A stretch of 64,000 bases of DNA, taken from contig OZ249436.1 of NCBI GenBank assembly GCA_965235115.1, positions 5,334,001 through 5,398,000 of the forward strand, written 5' to 3'. This document shows positions 1 to 13,689 of the stretch, piece after piece. Both the position numbers and the translations under genes were made by a program. The stretch is from Laetmonice hystrix. Taxonomy: Eukaryota. Position 1 is the first letter of the stretch. Each line of letters begins with the position of its first letter. The notes beneath the pieces were generated by a model. The model was given only the letters and a program-made list of their open reading frames with translations, ran no database searches and was not told the DNA's origin.

Positions 1-2
1 AT

Positions 3-2411
3 GTATTCTCCTTCCCTTTTTCGGAAACTTGCATCTTGACGCTTTTTGTTAATGTATTCCTGGTCAGCATGTTTATTTGCTAGATTGAGCCTACGTTGCT
101 TCTTGGACTGTCTTTCAGTCTCTAGGAATTGGCTATCTGATCTTCTCTTTCTCATATATTGTCTCATGTATTCTTTTCTGTCACGTGTTTCAAGTTCAGT
201 CTTTTGATTATTTCTTTGAGCATGGTCTGCTGGGGGCAAGTCTTCCATAGAGCTGCCAACACTGTTTACAACTGTTAAGGCAACAAGTCGACAACGTGTA
301 ACACTTTTCTTCATGTTTTTTAGCAGTTTTTCGATAACCTCACTGACTTGGTCTACACTTTTGCACACAACAAGCATGGCTTTCCCAAGATGTGGTTCTT
401 TTACGTTGTACGGACTGGGAGTAAATACAACCCATGAGTCATGTTTTGTCTTCAAGGCAGTAAGGAAGCAGTTTTCTGTGGATATAATCAGGCTGTTTGA
501 AACAGAAAAGGCCTTTTGAACCTCACTGCAAAGATTAGTGCTTTTTTGCCTTCGAGTTTTCATACCACCGCTCAAAACAATGTCAACAGACTGTATTTTT
601 TGCACAACAGAGGATCTGTCAGTTTGTTCATGCAGTTTAACCACTGCTTTCTCGATATTGTTTGTGTCAACCTTTACCTGTGATTTGCTACAAAGTCGAG
701 CCCCCTCTAGAAGTATATAGTTAACATCAGAAGGATGATATTGTTCACAGTTTGTTAGATACATGAGACTTGTGAGCGCATTACTCAGTGACAATCTTTG
801 TTTATTGTACTGTGAAAAGCAATCATCGGCTTGACTTATGTTACCATAGACAACATCTTTATAGATGTCAGTGTCACAGGATTTATTTGAAATCATTCCA
901 TGGCTTTGCAGTGGTTCAGACAGATGGGGTATTTTATTGGTTGACTGTTCATCTTGCTGATCATGGACTGTTAATTCTTTGTCTGTTCTATGCGTGTCAG
1001 TAGGTTCAGTTAAAATTGAAAATCGGTTGGAACATTGAATTCCATGAGAGTTCTTACAGATGGGATCTGATAATTGAACATTTTGCACTGGCTGTACAAC
1101 AGGCACATCACTTCTTTCCACAAACCTTTTAGTTCTCACACCAGAAATCATAGACAGGTTCCCATCATCATGTTTTATCTGTACTGGTTGCATTTCGTAT
1201 CTGACAGTACATGGATCATTTGTAGTACTACACACAAATTTCAGTAGCTGGTCTTGTAATTCTGTCAAGGTGGTGAAACACATAAATATGGCAGTTCCAT
1301 TGCAAGTTTGCTGACCTTGTATATCTCTTGAATGAGAGTCAAAGAGGCAGAATTTTCCTTTACAATTCAGGAATACACTGATGGCTTCAAGACCTATGAT
1401 AATGAGACCTGCATTGTGTCGATCAAACGTGTCTTTTACAGCTTCAGCAAGTGATACATTGTCATCATCAATGCTGACACAGGTACCCAGTGAGAGGTCA
1501 CTTTCGTTCATATCACACACAAACTGACTGCTGCCACTTTCTAAATGACGGGAAAGATCATTGAACGACAGATAATCATCTGGTACATGAACCCTTTGTT
1601 CTCTTATTTTGTTCCGAACTTTTTCATATACAGTAGAACCTTCAATTAGAACTCTATCAACGTCAGCTGTTGAGACATTTCTCATATTCTGAAGCCTTTC
1701 AATGGCTACTACGGCAGCACCTACACAAAATCTACCTCTGACATTGTCTGGAAATTTGACATTCCCCTGGTGCATACTGCCTGGAACAACACATGTTTCA
1801 AGATCAATATCTGAAGTTTTACCATGAGCAGAACAGCAGTCACTTGATGGGGTTTTGGAACTTGTATTACTTGTAGTCCTTTTCACATCTTGTACAATGT
1901 TAATGTCCTCGACAGCCAGTTTGGGTTGTCTATTTGTCGTTTGCTGCTCTGGTACATTTGTAGATTGCATGACGTTAGGTTTGGTGGATGTGCTGTTGGT
2001 CTGTTTCCCATGTTCACCTTTATAGTGTTGATCTGGTACACTGTCCTGGACTTGTAAACTAGTGCTCGTTTCATCTGTAACAGTAGCACTACGTATGGTC
2101 GCTAGAGTGGTACTTGGCACGTTTGATTTCATACTGTCATTTTGCCCGTTTGGTATCATTTTGTCATTTTGCACATTTTTTGGTACAATAGCACAAGTAC
2201 CAAGGTATTCATTTTTTTGAACCAGCTGGTATCCTACTGGTTGGTATTCTGCTGGTACGGGGGGATCTGTTGTACCAGGTCCAGGTTTTTTTGTACGGAG
2301 GGGCTGGACAGCCTCCGTGAGGTCAGAGACCTCCGATCCAGGGACAGGTTTTGTTGAACGGAGGGCCTGATCAACCTCCGTGAGGTCAGAGACCTCCGTG
2401 CAGCCCTTCCC
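3..2411 (-). CDS. Large coding exon (803 codons, open to the window edge) of a probable Helitron/Helentron-type polyprotein N-terminus: herpes tegument-like (peptidase C76-like) cysteine protease domain, degenerate second copy, charged R/K/E-rich segment
   Basis: Manual minus-strand translation finds no stop from 2411 to 3. It is preceded by a polypyrimidine tract and acceptor (TCCTTTTTCTCTTTGCAG, AG at 2413-2412); first in-frame ATG at 2159. Motifs VVPGSMHQGNVKFPDNVRGRFCVGAAVVAI, DVDRVLIEGSTVY and FCLFDSHSRDIQGQQTCNGTAIFMCF match the herpes-tegument-like DUB pattern. It ends in RKEYMRQYMRKRR...REGEY. Rep/helicase domains are not in the window. Confidence 0.8.
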
Positions 2412-4082
2412 CTGCAAAGAGAAAAAGGATGTTTGTTAATACCAAACATAATACCAAACAATTACCAATTTTTGTACTAGATTGCTGTAATTACCCCGAG
2501 TTCTAGACGGTATCAATCTCCAGGACATTTAGTGAGCCTGAATAATGTACCCCACAAGGCGCCATTCTGTAATTTGGTCAAGTATAAATCAATTCAGTTC
2601 ACTTCTAAAATCCGGATGGCTACACATCAGCTACTCTTATAATCATGTATGATAATTCTGAGAGGAAAAAAAGTATGGCATACACTCTCAAAAATACATT
2701 ATTAATAGTCTACTACATGAAGATTTTTAATATCTGCAACAAAAGAAACAAACAAAATGTCAGGGCTTCTACCAGTGGTTTTGAATGGAAGGTAGGACTG
2801 GACCGCAGGGGCCCTTTTGCAGTTTGGAGGGGGGGGGGAGGACGTTTGGCACTGTCCAAAATTTGGGGTTTTTTTACCGTAAAAGACCATGTATAGAACG
2901 CTATCATGGATAGGATGCAACTGGTTTTTGTGGTGCAAGACCCATGGAGTAAAAATTCCAGGCGTACTAATGCCATCGGTGAAGCCCGGTACAGCAGTAG
3001 ACGTAGTTCATGCTCCCAGATTGACAAACCCAAGAGCCGTGGTGACACAAGTCAGTAGGCTGCCAAATAGTCCGGTGGAATGACTTTTCCCTTTTGTAAC
3101 GCTATGGTGTGGGAGTGACACTGCCGTGGGGATTCTTACCCGTGATGTCACAGCAGTTCCCCGACTTGAGCCGCAGTGGCTATAGACGTGGATGCTTCAG
3201 CCGGCTGTAGTCCTGGCGGTAGTTAGTTAGAATGTGATTGCACATTACAGCAAGTTTCACAAACCCAAGAAACGTCCTCACCTTTAATGGTCTATTTAGT
3301 AATTCCAGTTTAATGCCTTTATTATATCTGGGCTTCTTTGTTTTATAATTGTATGTGTATTAATAATTTTCAAGTACTACCGTACTTACCGCGAGACATC
3401 TCTCAGTGCAAAGACACTGCACTTATATTCATTTTTGGCTGATGACATACCCCAAAACAACGCGATTTTGTAGAATTTTTTAGATTCAATGGGACATCAG
3501 GGACAAAGCAGACAGTACAAAACTGAAACTATAATTTACCGTAAAAAACTTTTTTCCCACAAATGTTAATTAAAGTAGCCTTTTTAGCCTTGGTAAGGAA
3601 GTAGGCTATGCGCTGATACAAATGGGCTTAGCCTTGGGCCTATCACTAGGGCTCTCAGACAGAATATGAAACACTATAGATTGGACTGGGAACCAGTTTA
3701 GTGAGTGGATTTTAGGATGTAAAGGTAGGCTATGCATTACTAGCAATCAGATCTGGGACAAATTTTGCATTTCTAAGGGTGTTCGCGGGATGCGGGATGG
3801 GCAAATTTGTTTGGCAGTAAAAAAATGTGTTCCTAACATTCTTTTATGGTAATCTGGATTCAGAGACAAGAACCACATTGAGGGGAAGAACACTGGATGC
3901 TTTAAGAAAAACATCCCAGTTATAAATGTACATGTGTACATAAATTCTAGTCCTGGGCCCAGCACCAGTGGCTATCTATGTGGCTTCAGGTGGCTGTAGT
4001 CCTAGGGGCAGTTCCTTACAATCACAATGTGTGTAGGGGGGAGGGTCCATTGTCCTGCTCGACCACCAAAGCTCCTTTTTTA

Positions 4083-4180
4083 GGGGAGTGGCGGTGGCCT
4101 AGTGGGCATGGATGTCGACACCTTATGCTATGCGAATGGGTGCAGTAATCTTAGGGCCTGGGTTCGATGCCTGTAGAGGA
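4083..4180 (+). mobile_element. tRNA-derived SINE-like head / tRNA-like relic
   Basis: Pol III A-box-like TGGCCTAGTGG and B-box-like GGTTCGATGCC, followed by a T-rich tract. No clean cloverleaf. Confidence 0.45.
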
Positions 4181-4452
4181 CTATACAACTTTTCTCTTTA
4201 GGGACATTGTCAAAGTAATTGGGTTACCCCTGATGCCCGTGCATTTCAAAAGAAAAATACAGGCATGTTTCACAAACCCAAGAAACGGCCTTACCTCTTA
4301 TAGTATACAATGTATTTCGTAATTCCAGTTTGTAACAACATTTTTCAGAAATATGCATTTAAATCACAAACTAATGCCTTTATTGAATATATCTGGGCTT
4401 CTTTGTATTATTGTATTTCCAAGTACTACTTACCATGAGACATCTCTCAGTG

Positions 4453-5003
4453 CATCTTGAGTTGTCAAGGAGCATCACGCATTCTGCCTTATGAATATTA
4501 ATACTATAATATAATAATAGGACCTGGCATGCATCGTCGTCATAGACTCACCACCCACAGTAAACGGTCCTCACCGAAGGGTTACTTCTCACAAAAATTC
4601 CTGATAGCCTTGCCCAGTTCACTGATTTATAAACAGATGTGTCCCTCCCTAACAATGCAGTTTGTAACACTCTGACTTGATATGTTTTAACAGGTGAAAT
4701 TCCAAAGTTTAGTTCCCCTGATTTCAGCATCGTCGCGCTGGCATCCAAACATTCACTGGCATGCTCCCGGCTCCCTGTCGCTGGCTGTCGGTCTCTGCCT
4801 GTGACGATGTTCCTATTCGCTAACCAGAAATGCACGCTAATTTTTATGAATGCACCTCAGGCAGTGCTGTAATCTGATTGGTTGTTACAAGTACTAAACT
4901 AGGTGGAAAACAGATGGCGCTGAGAAGTACACGTTTCTGAGAATAGGCAGGCATTCGGGAGGCGGGGAATCAGTGGGAGCGGTTCAACCCCGACCGTAGG
5001 ATG
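4453..5003. mobile_element. Unclassified ~550-bp insertion with target-site duplication
   Basis: Flanked by direct repeat CTCTCAGTG(CA) at 4444 and 5004, with short inverted ends CATC(T/C)T. The paralogous site near 3400 is uninterrupted. Confidence 0.5.
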
Positions 5004-7528
5004 CTCTCAGTGCAAAGACCCTGCACTTTTGTCCATTTTCGGCTGATGAGATGTTCCATCTGTCCATGGATTTTTGCTTCGACTTGGGGATTGGATGCAC
5101 ATATTTAACCCATTAAGGACGGGTGATGCCTTGAGGCATTCCCGGGCGGGGGCCGGATGATGCCCTGAGGCATTCCCGGGCGGGGGCCGGATGATGCCTT
5201 GAGGCCTCATTTGACTTACGTCAGAGCCCATTGTGTATAGAGCGACAGGGCAGCGCTGTGACGTAACGTCACAATTGAGTGCTAGCTGCGCTGGACCTAG
5301 ACCAACTCTCGACTCAATTCCCTACTTTTGTCTAAAACATGGATCATTTTTCTGGATATGACAGTGATTGGAAGCATGGAAGGCAATGCGTTATCACATG
5401 TGGCCGCCCAGAATGGCCCGTCCTTACGGCACATTCACGCATTTGTTACGTCGTCACTAGTGCACGTCTCGGCCACAAGGGGCCCGAGTAAAAAATGTGT
5501 CCTTGACAGGGTTTTACAATAATCTGAATTCAGAGACAAGAATTAAAAGCAACAAACTAAACAGCTCTTTTTAGGGCCCATACGAGTCAAACTGATAATG
5601 CTGTTTCCCTTAATACAACATGATGTCATTTTACCACATCACCAGTACAATAGAGTATGAATGAAATGACTACTTTATTACAGACTTGACATATATGGGT
5701 AACATTACATATTACATAATTATGCTTGTCCATAGGTATAATGGGGGAGGGGGGAGAAGAAAAAAAAAAGCTACTAGATTTAGGACAAGTAGCCAGTAAG
5801 TAAATAGAGCTACTAAATTATACGGCACTTTACTAGTATCATAATGGAGATAGAGAATCTTGTACCAGTGTCTCCATATTGTTGAGGTAAACTTAAAATC
5901 ATTCTTCTCTATGTTGACTAGTTCTGGTACAACTGTGTTCTCTGAATTCTCAAGCCTAATAACTGCTTGGCAATTAACAAATGACTAGCACTGTGAGATC
6001 TGGGTAGGCAGAGCAACAGTCACATAATATCGTTATAAGCTACTGTTAGCTTCCTGAGTTCCATAGTTCTACCATAATTGGGCGGTGTAGAGAAAAAAGG
6101 TAGGACATGTGGTGGTAAAACAAAACACTAATGTTTCACCTTTGGCATTCCTCAGTAATCAGGACAAATCAATAATCAGTAATCGATCAAAGTTGCAAAT
6201 TCATTAGAAAGTATTTAAAAAATACACTTTCAAAAGACAGACTAATGCCTTTATTGAAAACAGTAAACCTCGCATACAACAGATTCAATTGGACCAGCAC
6301 GTTTTGTCCGTTATATGCGAAATCTGTTATGTGTGTAAACTGGACAAAATCGGCTACGGACGTTCCCCATCTTCTACGACAGCTTCAGCTCAAAAACGCA
6401 GGAAACGTGAACGAGATGCCAGTAGAGCTCAACGACACCCGCCCGGTCATGTTCGCCCCCGGGATGTAGGCCCCTACCCCCGGTCATGCCTTCATGCCCG
6501 GCCCTCGCCGCTCTGCTGGAGAGGTGCCCGGCAAGGGACACATTACTCGTTAGGCCTACCTATGAGGTGGCTCTCATTTTGTTGGGAACTTAGACTAGTG
6601 ACTACAATAGTTGATCTAGGGTTGTTGGTACACTCCTCTAACTCAGTAGACTGTTCTAGTCAAGTTGATGGCTTTTTTCCCACCACGGGCGGCAGGGCGG
6701 GCGGTTGACTGAGTCGAGTGCATGTCTATCACAGAGGCAAGGCGACCGGGAGGGCACAGTGTCAATTTGTCAACAAGCTGTGTGCGTCACATGACACCAT
6801 GGAATTCCCCTGCCCATTCCCAGTTCAAATGGCGTCTTAATGCGCAAGAACGGATTAACGGTGCATGGCTGACGAATTCATGTAAATACGTCCAGATTAT
6901 CGTTTATTTCTCAGCTAAAAGGCAGGTATACCTATGATAGCGTTTCTGCTTGATGTTGAAAGAGTTTGGGGGGAAATACAGGAAATTTGTCAACATTGTT
7001 TGTACGTATAGTCGTTTAAACTTTAACGCGACGACATCGAGGGTTTCTGATTAGTGGCAGCCATATTAACAGGATTTGAATGTACATGATCTTTTATGGT
7101 AAATGATATCATTATTAACAGGAGTTAACCATGCATGGTCTTTTACGGTAAATCAGTGATGAGAAAAATGTATGTGCAAGGACAGGACATATATATACAG
7201 GACAGGACTTCTGGTGAAACAAATAAAAACCCACCTATTTGGTTGGAAGTTTCATGTCTGATAATTAAAATAAATTCCTGATAAATATCACTCTGACCTG
7301 TGTACCACTGCTTTAAATGGTTATTTACTCTGATACATTTAAATAAAACCATAATATTCAATATTGTATACTATTTACCTCTGGGAGTCTCCGTGCCGCC
7401 CTTTCCTTTGCAGCTCGCTGGGATTTCCTCTGTCTTGGCATGTCTAAAACATGAACACATACAGCACAGCATAACTTTATAGTAATAAAGTAAAACCCAA
7501 CTTCGACTTCACTTAAAACTATGATATG

Positions 7529-7656
7529 GGCCCGGTTCACAAACAAAGTCAAGTCAATTTTAATTGACTTGAAGTCTATTATACTCAAATCTGATTGGTT
7601 AAAATGGATTTCAAGTTACATGTAATTAAAATTGACTTGACTTTGTGAACCGGGCC
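7529..7656. mobile_element. Palindromic PIF/Harbinger-type MITE
   Basis: TIRs GGCCCGGTTCACAAA...TTTGTGAACCGGGCC, long internal inverted repeat, 3-bp TSD ATG (7526-7528 and 7657-7659). Confidence 0.75.
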
Positions 7657-7784
7657 ATGATGTCCACGTACTTCAAGATTCAGAAACTGCCGGGTTCTAG
7701 GGTTCTACCTAGAAAAAAATGTCAGCATGGGGACAACCATCGGAAATGGCCAAGGAATATGACGCAGCGCCATGGTGGGGCGCC

Positions 7785-8339
7785 CAGGGGCGGATCTAGG
7801 GTCCAGGCCTCGAATTAGAAGTTAAAAGGGGCACAGCAAAAACGTTGAGGGCCTTGTTTAAAGGAGGGCACCACGGCATTTTTAACAAGTTTAGAAGGGC
7901 ACCACGGCAAATTTACTTCTCCAAAACCAAACCTCGCATGTCTGGCTTAACAGTAAAACAAGGAATCTTCACACTTTAGGTTAGTTGTGTTGGTGATCAC
8001 TAGGGGATCGATGTCAGGGATGATTCGGGGATGGCTGATGGGCACATCACGGCAAGGGAGAAGGGCACCACGGCACTGGACTGCCGTCAATGGGGCAAAA
8101 AATAGGAGGGCACCACGGTAAATGGAAGGGGCACGACGGCAATTGCCGTCGATGCCGTCGTGTAATTCGAGGCCTGAGGGTCTATATTCAGGGGGGGTCC
8201 TAGGGGGGTCCAGCATAAAAAGGGCAAATCGAGGGGGGTCCGTTGTAAAAACAAAAGGCATTTTGGTTATAAAAAATTAAATTTGGCAAATTTGAGGGGG
8301 GGTCCGGACGTCGCCGACACCCCCCTGGATCCGCCACTG
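7785..8339. mobile_element. hAT-like MITE (CAG(G/T)GGCGGATC TIRs, 6-bp TSD) carrying a nested MITE
   Basis: CAGGGGCGGATCTAGG...CCTGGATCCGCCACTG, TSD GGCGCC on both sides. After removing the nested insert it matches 10543-10730 in reverse orientation. Confidence 0.8.
7804..8176. mobile_element. Nested MITE (TIR CAGGCCTCGAATTA, 6-bp TSD AGGGTC)
   Basis: Perfect 14-bp TIRs, TSD at 7798-7803 and 8177-8182, internal repeated AGGGCACCACGGCA motifs. Confidence 0.8.
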
Positions 8340-10542
8340 GGCGCCCTAGAAAATTGGTAAGGAGGGCCCCTAGAAAATTTTTGGAAAAACGGATGAAATT
8401 TGGTGCAATCTGAGCGAAAAACACACTTCCATTCTAAGGTGAGGGCAGTGAAAAGCAGGAATCCTTCTAAGCTTTACAGCTAATATCATTATCAGTGATT
8501 GCGCCCGGGTGTATAGAGTATACAGTGTATACGAAACAACCGTTCGCCTGTTAATCTCAGGCTTGCAAAATTTGCAGGTAAACGGATTTTCGTTCTCGGC
8601 CTTTCCATGATCGTTCGCGTCTTAAAATCAGGCCTGACCATGTTTAGTAAGACGGGGGACACATAAATCTTGGAGCGCTTGCGAGCGGGGTCGAATAATT
8701 CAAAACGCTCGTCTAGTTAACGTATGGTCAGCGTCTAAAGTTAACCATTTTGTAGCAATTTATTAGTCATCGCAGAATGGCAGACCACGTCTGAAGAATT
8801 GGTTAAAGAAACACTCTTCTCCTGCTTATTGAGTTATCAGATGTTAACTTGATAGTACTAGAGCCCGTCTATACCATATTCATATTTTTAGGCTGCCCTT
8901 GTAATTAATGATTATTAATCAAAAATGGGACTTAGTAGTTGATAGTCTTTTCGCCATCTTGCAAAAGTCTAGACTGAAGGCGTAGACTAGCTAAACTTAC
9001 CGCGAGTTTGGCCCACAACAAGGAGTATTCCAGGACTTTGTGCGGCAGTGGGGTTGTAACAACCGAAACTGGATTAAGAATTTGGATCAACAAAGGAGCT
9101 TTCGTGCTTTCCCCTCTAAAATAAAACCTGTAGGCTGTATAATTCTGAAGAGGTGGGTGCACAACAATACATGCGTCGAGGTAGGCCTAAGGCTAAGCTA
9201 AGGCTAAGCTAAAGTAAAGTGGATTTGTTCCAACAGCGATCCACCCGCATAGTGTGAATGTCTCGATTTTTTTCTGTGACTAACTCAACTTGTCAGTCTT
9301 AAACTTCTACCTAACTGATTAGGCCTAGACTCCGTTTCTGCTGTGACTAGAGTCGAGAGTGCAGTCTAGTGACTAGTCTAGGCCCCGTAGATCTAATCTC
9401 ATTCTAGTATTTCTACTGTCCAGTCACCAGTGCAGTGGCAGTGATTAGTAAATTGGCTGAAGGAGGGGGCAAACGGCCCAATATACCACCAATTTACACT
9501 TTGAAAATTCTGAGGGGTGGGGGAGTATTTACCAAAGACCGTTTTCCAAGACAACCCGTGGGCGTGACCGGCCTGTAGCAGGCCTACTGTAGCAAGCCGC
9601 CCCCGCCAACTCCGTCGCCAAGCTGCACGCCGGGCTCAGGCACTGAGTGAGCCGAGGACAGACACCCATACTAAGGCCATTGGGGGGGGGGGGGATGATC
9701 CAGGATTTTGCATAAAAAAATAATTTTGCAAGGGGGGGGGGGGCTTGACCTAGCTAGGTGCGCCGTAGTCTGACATAGACACACTGCAAAATGATAACCC
9801 TCAGCCTGGACTGGCTGGAGTCAGCCGGGGGGGGGGGGGGGCTTAGCCTTAGGCAGGGCCTACTACTAGTAGCCTACTGCTACTGCTGCCCCCCCCTCAG
9901 AAATTTCTAGATACGGCCCTACATACATGTAGGGCCTACCTCCATAGCTTATATTATCTTGGAAAACGGTTAGGGCATATTTTCGACCTACTTCCTTAGG
10001 CTAATGCTATGGGTATGGCTATGTCTATGGATGATGGATGTAGCCGGGGGAGGGGGCGGGGGTTCCGAGGGTTCTGACGAACCCCTCTCACTTTTGTGGG
10101 CCACTATTAAAATAAATACACTATAGAACTAGATATCATTGCCGAAACTTATTTAACAGGTCCCTATTTAAACTATCAGGTCGCTACATGAGCAGACCGC
10201 CCACTTGTCAACACTTGTTTAACGAGGGCCGAGGCATATCCAGGGCTGAGTGAGTCCCTTCGTGACGTAGTCAAAGATGTAGCCAAGTAATTGCTATTAT
10301 TGCCGCAAGAGGGCGCGCGGTGCGCCAATGGCGGCGACTATGAATCTGCATTAAAGTTCTTTTTGACAATATAATATAAACTGTTTGATGTTAAAAAAAT
10401 AACATGGGTTGTAGAATTATGCCTTCTTCAATTCTAAATATGATTTAGCTCGAGAAAAGCATTCCTTTAAATTTATATTTTTCGACTTCGAGCACAAAAG
10501 CTCCGAAATCTGATAGAAATCTATAATTAGAAAGATACTAAG

Positions 10543-10730
10543 CATAGGCGGATCCAGGGGGGGTGTCGGCGACGTCCCGCCCCCCCCCCCCCCCCCCTCA
10601 AATTTAATTTTTTATAACCAAAATGCCTTATTGTTTTTACAAGGGACCCCCCCCCTCGATTTGCCCTTTTTATGCTGGACCTCCCTCCGCCTCGGACCCC
10701 CCCTGAATGTAGACCCTAGATCCGCCCCTG
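10543..10730. mobile_element. hAT-like MITE, same family as 7785-8339, opposite orientation
   Basis: CATAGGCGGATCCAGG...CCTAGATCCGCCCCTG, 5-bp TSD CTAAG. Internal sequence is the reverse complement of 8177-8339. Confidence 0.8.
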
Positions 10731-13689
10731 CTAAGCGACTCCAATTCGAAATTGATTAAGTTTTAATGTGCAGACAGCATTTTTGTCAAAGCATGCGATT
10801 TTACTTCGAGTCGTCTCGGTCGCATTGTTTTGGTTCTTACAATTATATCGCTCGACCTAGATGGCACTGCGAATGCGAACGCCCTAGTTCTCATTCGGAA
10901 AACCTCGGCCAAACTTCCGGTCGCTTCGCTGTAGTTGTGCTCGGACACCCCTCGACGCATTGATATACATGGATTCCATGTATCGCCCCAGTGACACAAG
11001 ACTGGCACAGGTAGTGAGATGCCGGCAAAAATTGAGTCCCTTATATATAGTGGGTAGAGCCTCTATTAATGGTGTTAGTAAAATCATATAGACCAGATAT
11101 CATTATAAAGTTGTTGTTACGTTAACAACTTTGACCAAACATAGATTAATCGAATAAAATGACCCGGCAACTTCGCGACAGCTCTGCAGGGCCGCACGGG
11201 TGGCTCCCGGTGGGGATAGCTAGGGCAGCCCGGCGGTCCGCGGGCTCCGAGACGCCCTGGCTCATAATATTGAACCACTTTGAGTATGGATTTGCCGTAT
11301 TATTTACCTTGATTTGACTGGATTCAACACAAGGGTGTTCAACATAACGCTTAACATGAGAGTCAAGTCGTCAAAATGAACCGTGACAATCGGCGTAAAA
11401 TGAAAGAAGTCAAAGTTCAAACCGTCACAGAAAAACGGGTGTTACGATTCAACGGTGGCGTGTAACGGTTTGACAGGCTACCTTGATTCGATCCTCTTAT
11501 CACACGGATCATACATGCTAAATAAGGAATAGTCCACGTTTTCATGGCTTAATGTCATTGTCAAGAAAGGCTACAATCCGTGACAAATTCGGTTTCAGTT
11601 TTTTGCCAACTATTAACGAAGAAAGCCGTCTATTGACAGCACCACAGCCCAGACACTGGCCGTTGTTTGACGCTACGACAATAGTGCGCTGACCCCATCT
11701 GACCCAATATGGCGACCTCCGATTGGTATCCGAGTCTCTCTACATCGTAAAGGGCTCGGTGTTCCGAATGCCTAACGTTAGTTCTATGATAAATTCAAGA
11801 TGGCTGTTGCCTCTCCACCGCCAGCGCAGGGGCCCAATGCTAAACTTTCAGCGTTCAATTTCATCGTCCCTTCAAGTCTAACAGCTACAAATTGGACTCC
11901 AGAACGTCTACTACACACTTACTAAAATTAGATCACATTAGATTCATTGAAAGTAATGGTGGCACCACATAAATCAAGCATAAATACAGCGAGTAACACC
12001 GTCAATACCGACCTGGTACGATGAACGCAGTCAATTGCCTCGTGCGGTCACTTCCGGGAACACTATGGTGCCACCTGACGGGAGTTCGCTGGAGACGCTG
12101 CCGCTGCTTGAAGAGACATCTAGCGAGGGAGCAGGGAACTGGCCGTTTCTGGCTCTAAACGCGCGTGCTTCTGGTGCAAATGAACTTTAGAGAGTGAAGT
12201 GATTTTTCTTTCTTTGTGTCCTCACAAGGCCGGAACCCCCCTTAGAACCCCCTCCCCTCGAATAAAAATTGTCAGATTCTTTCCTCAAAGAGCCACGTAG
12301 GGTAGGCCTACAGTAGGCCTATGAATGATCTAAAACGACTCTACCATAGGCCTACGACTGCTGAACGACTGGTCTGAGTTGATGATTGCAACCCTGCCCC
12401 CCTTCCCCCGGACAAAAAATCCTGGTAAAGGCCTATAGTCCTTTGCAGCAAGTTAGGGACTGTCTCGGGTAGCTCATTTGATCCTCAACAAATTCAGGGT
12501 TACCATTCTTAAATTTCAATAAAAGCTTCTAACATTATAAAATAGTGTATGATCATAATAATAACCCAGTTCAAAAGTTTTATCATGCAAGATTTTATAA
12601 TATTAGAAAGAAAACACGATGACAACCCGGACTTTTAGTCAAACACGTGGCCCGTCTCATGGCCGCCGACGTCACAGCAGAGTCAGACTTCGCAGTGCTT
12701 GCAGCAGACTGCTTGTACAAAAACTAGAAATCGGCTATGATTCAAACTTACAGAGAAGCTTTACATTAATTACAATCATCTCAGCCAAAGGGCCAGAAAG
12801 TTTGAGTTAAATCGCACGCTTCCTTATTGAGAAAACATCAAGTTTACAAGAGACTTTTTGTGACAAGTTTTGACAGCCGTGACCCGGATGATAAACATGA
12901 TGAGGTCGACATCCTGGCAGTTAACATTATGCCAAACAGGAAGCTCTTGCAAGGTCAAAATATCCCAACATTAGAAAACAATAATACAGTGGAAAACAGA
13001 AAAAGATTCCCTTTAAAAAGACATAAAATATTATGTTGTAAAAAAATTTGGACCTTAACTTATCATTGAAAATTAGCAATGACGTTGTTCTTCTGTGACG
13101 TCTGACAATGCATCTGTGACGTTTTGACCTATAAACGTACAAAAACGGCAAATTTCGATCTCGCAGTGTGCTGCTGCTACAACTGGCAAAGTTGAAGCTA
13201 TAAAGATGACTGTAGTACCATTCGATCGGGAATTTAATTTTGAAACCAGCATGCAAGTTAGGATGTGTCAAGTTGAATACGATGACCGCAGCGATACATT
13301 TACTGGTGCAGAGTCAAGGAAAATGGAAAATTTCGGCAAGTTTCTGTAGCTCTTCACACACTGCTAGCTTGTAGGATTTAAAGATTAGACAGATGTCATG
13401 TTGTGAATTACGTAGATCTAAGTCTAAGGGCTAGAATGATGTTTATTTGAATACTGTAGACCCAATAGTTGCTGAGATATTAGCACCGGCACAAAAAATG
13501 TCAGGGCAACATGATGTTTCAGTCCCATACTTGGTGACACGCGCTATAGCCTAGGCATTCCTTGTAGGCCTATTTAAACCTGACGATTTATAATAGACCT
13601 AGAGGGGATCTATAGCATTATTTTTATCATAGGCCTACTGTCAGGTATTCTGTTAAGCTAGTAGTGTTTAATTAGGCCTAGGGCCTATA

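Larger units (their letters stand above)
3174..5545. repeat. Old degenerate tandem duplication (copy 1 ~3174-3960, copy 2 ~3966-5545 with later insertions)
   Basis: Colinear shared blocks: CAGTGGCTAT..GGCTGTAGTCCT (3174/3966), TTTCACAAACCCAAGAAACG (~3255/~4268), CTCTCAGTGCAAAGAC.CTGCACTT (~3400/5004), AATCTG.ATTCAGAGACAAGAA (~3851/5521). Confidence 0.65.

Noticed and set aside
5040..5090. CTGATGAG hammerhead-ribozyme core-like word
   Set aside because: No matching GAAA core or three-stem fold was found nearby.
2412..9200. Candidate upstream exons of the Helentron-like ORF (minus-strand donor-like sites near 3139, 4551 and 9000)
   Set aside because: No convincing in-frame, homology-supported exon chain could be built by eye.
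8500..12250. CpG-rich, promoter-like region with YY1-like (A)AGATGGC/ATGGCG words
   Set aside because: It could be the Helentron promoter or TE debris. No TSS evidence is available from sequence alone.
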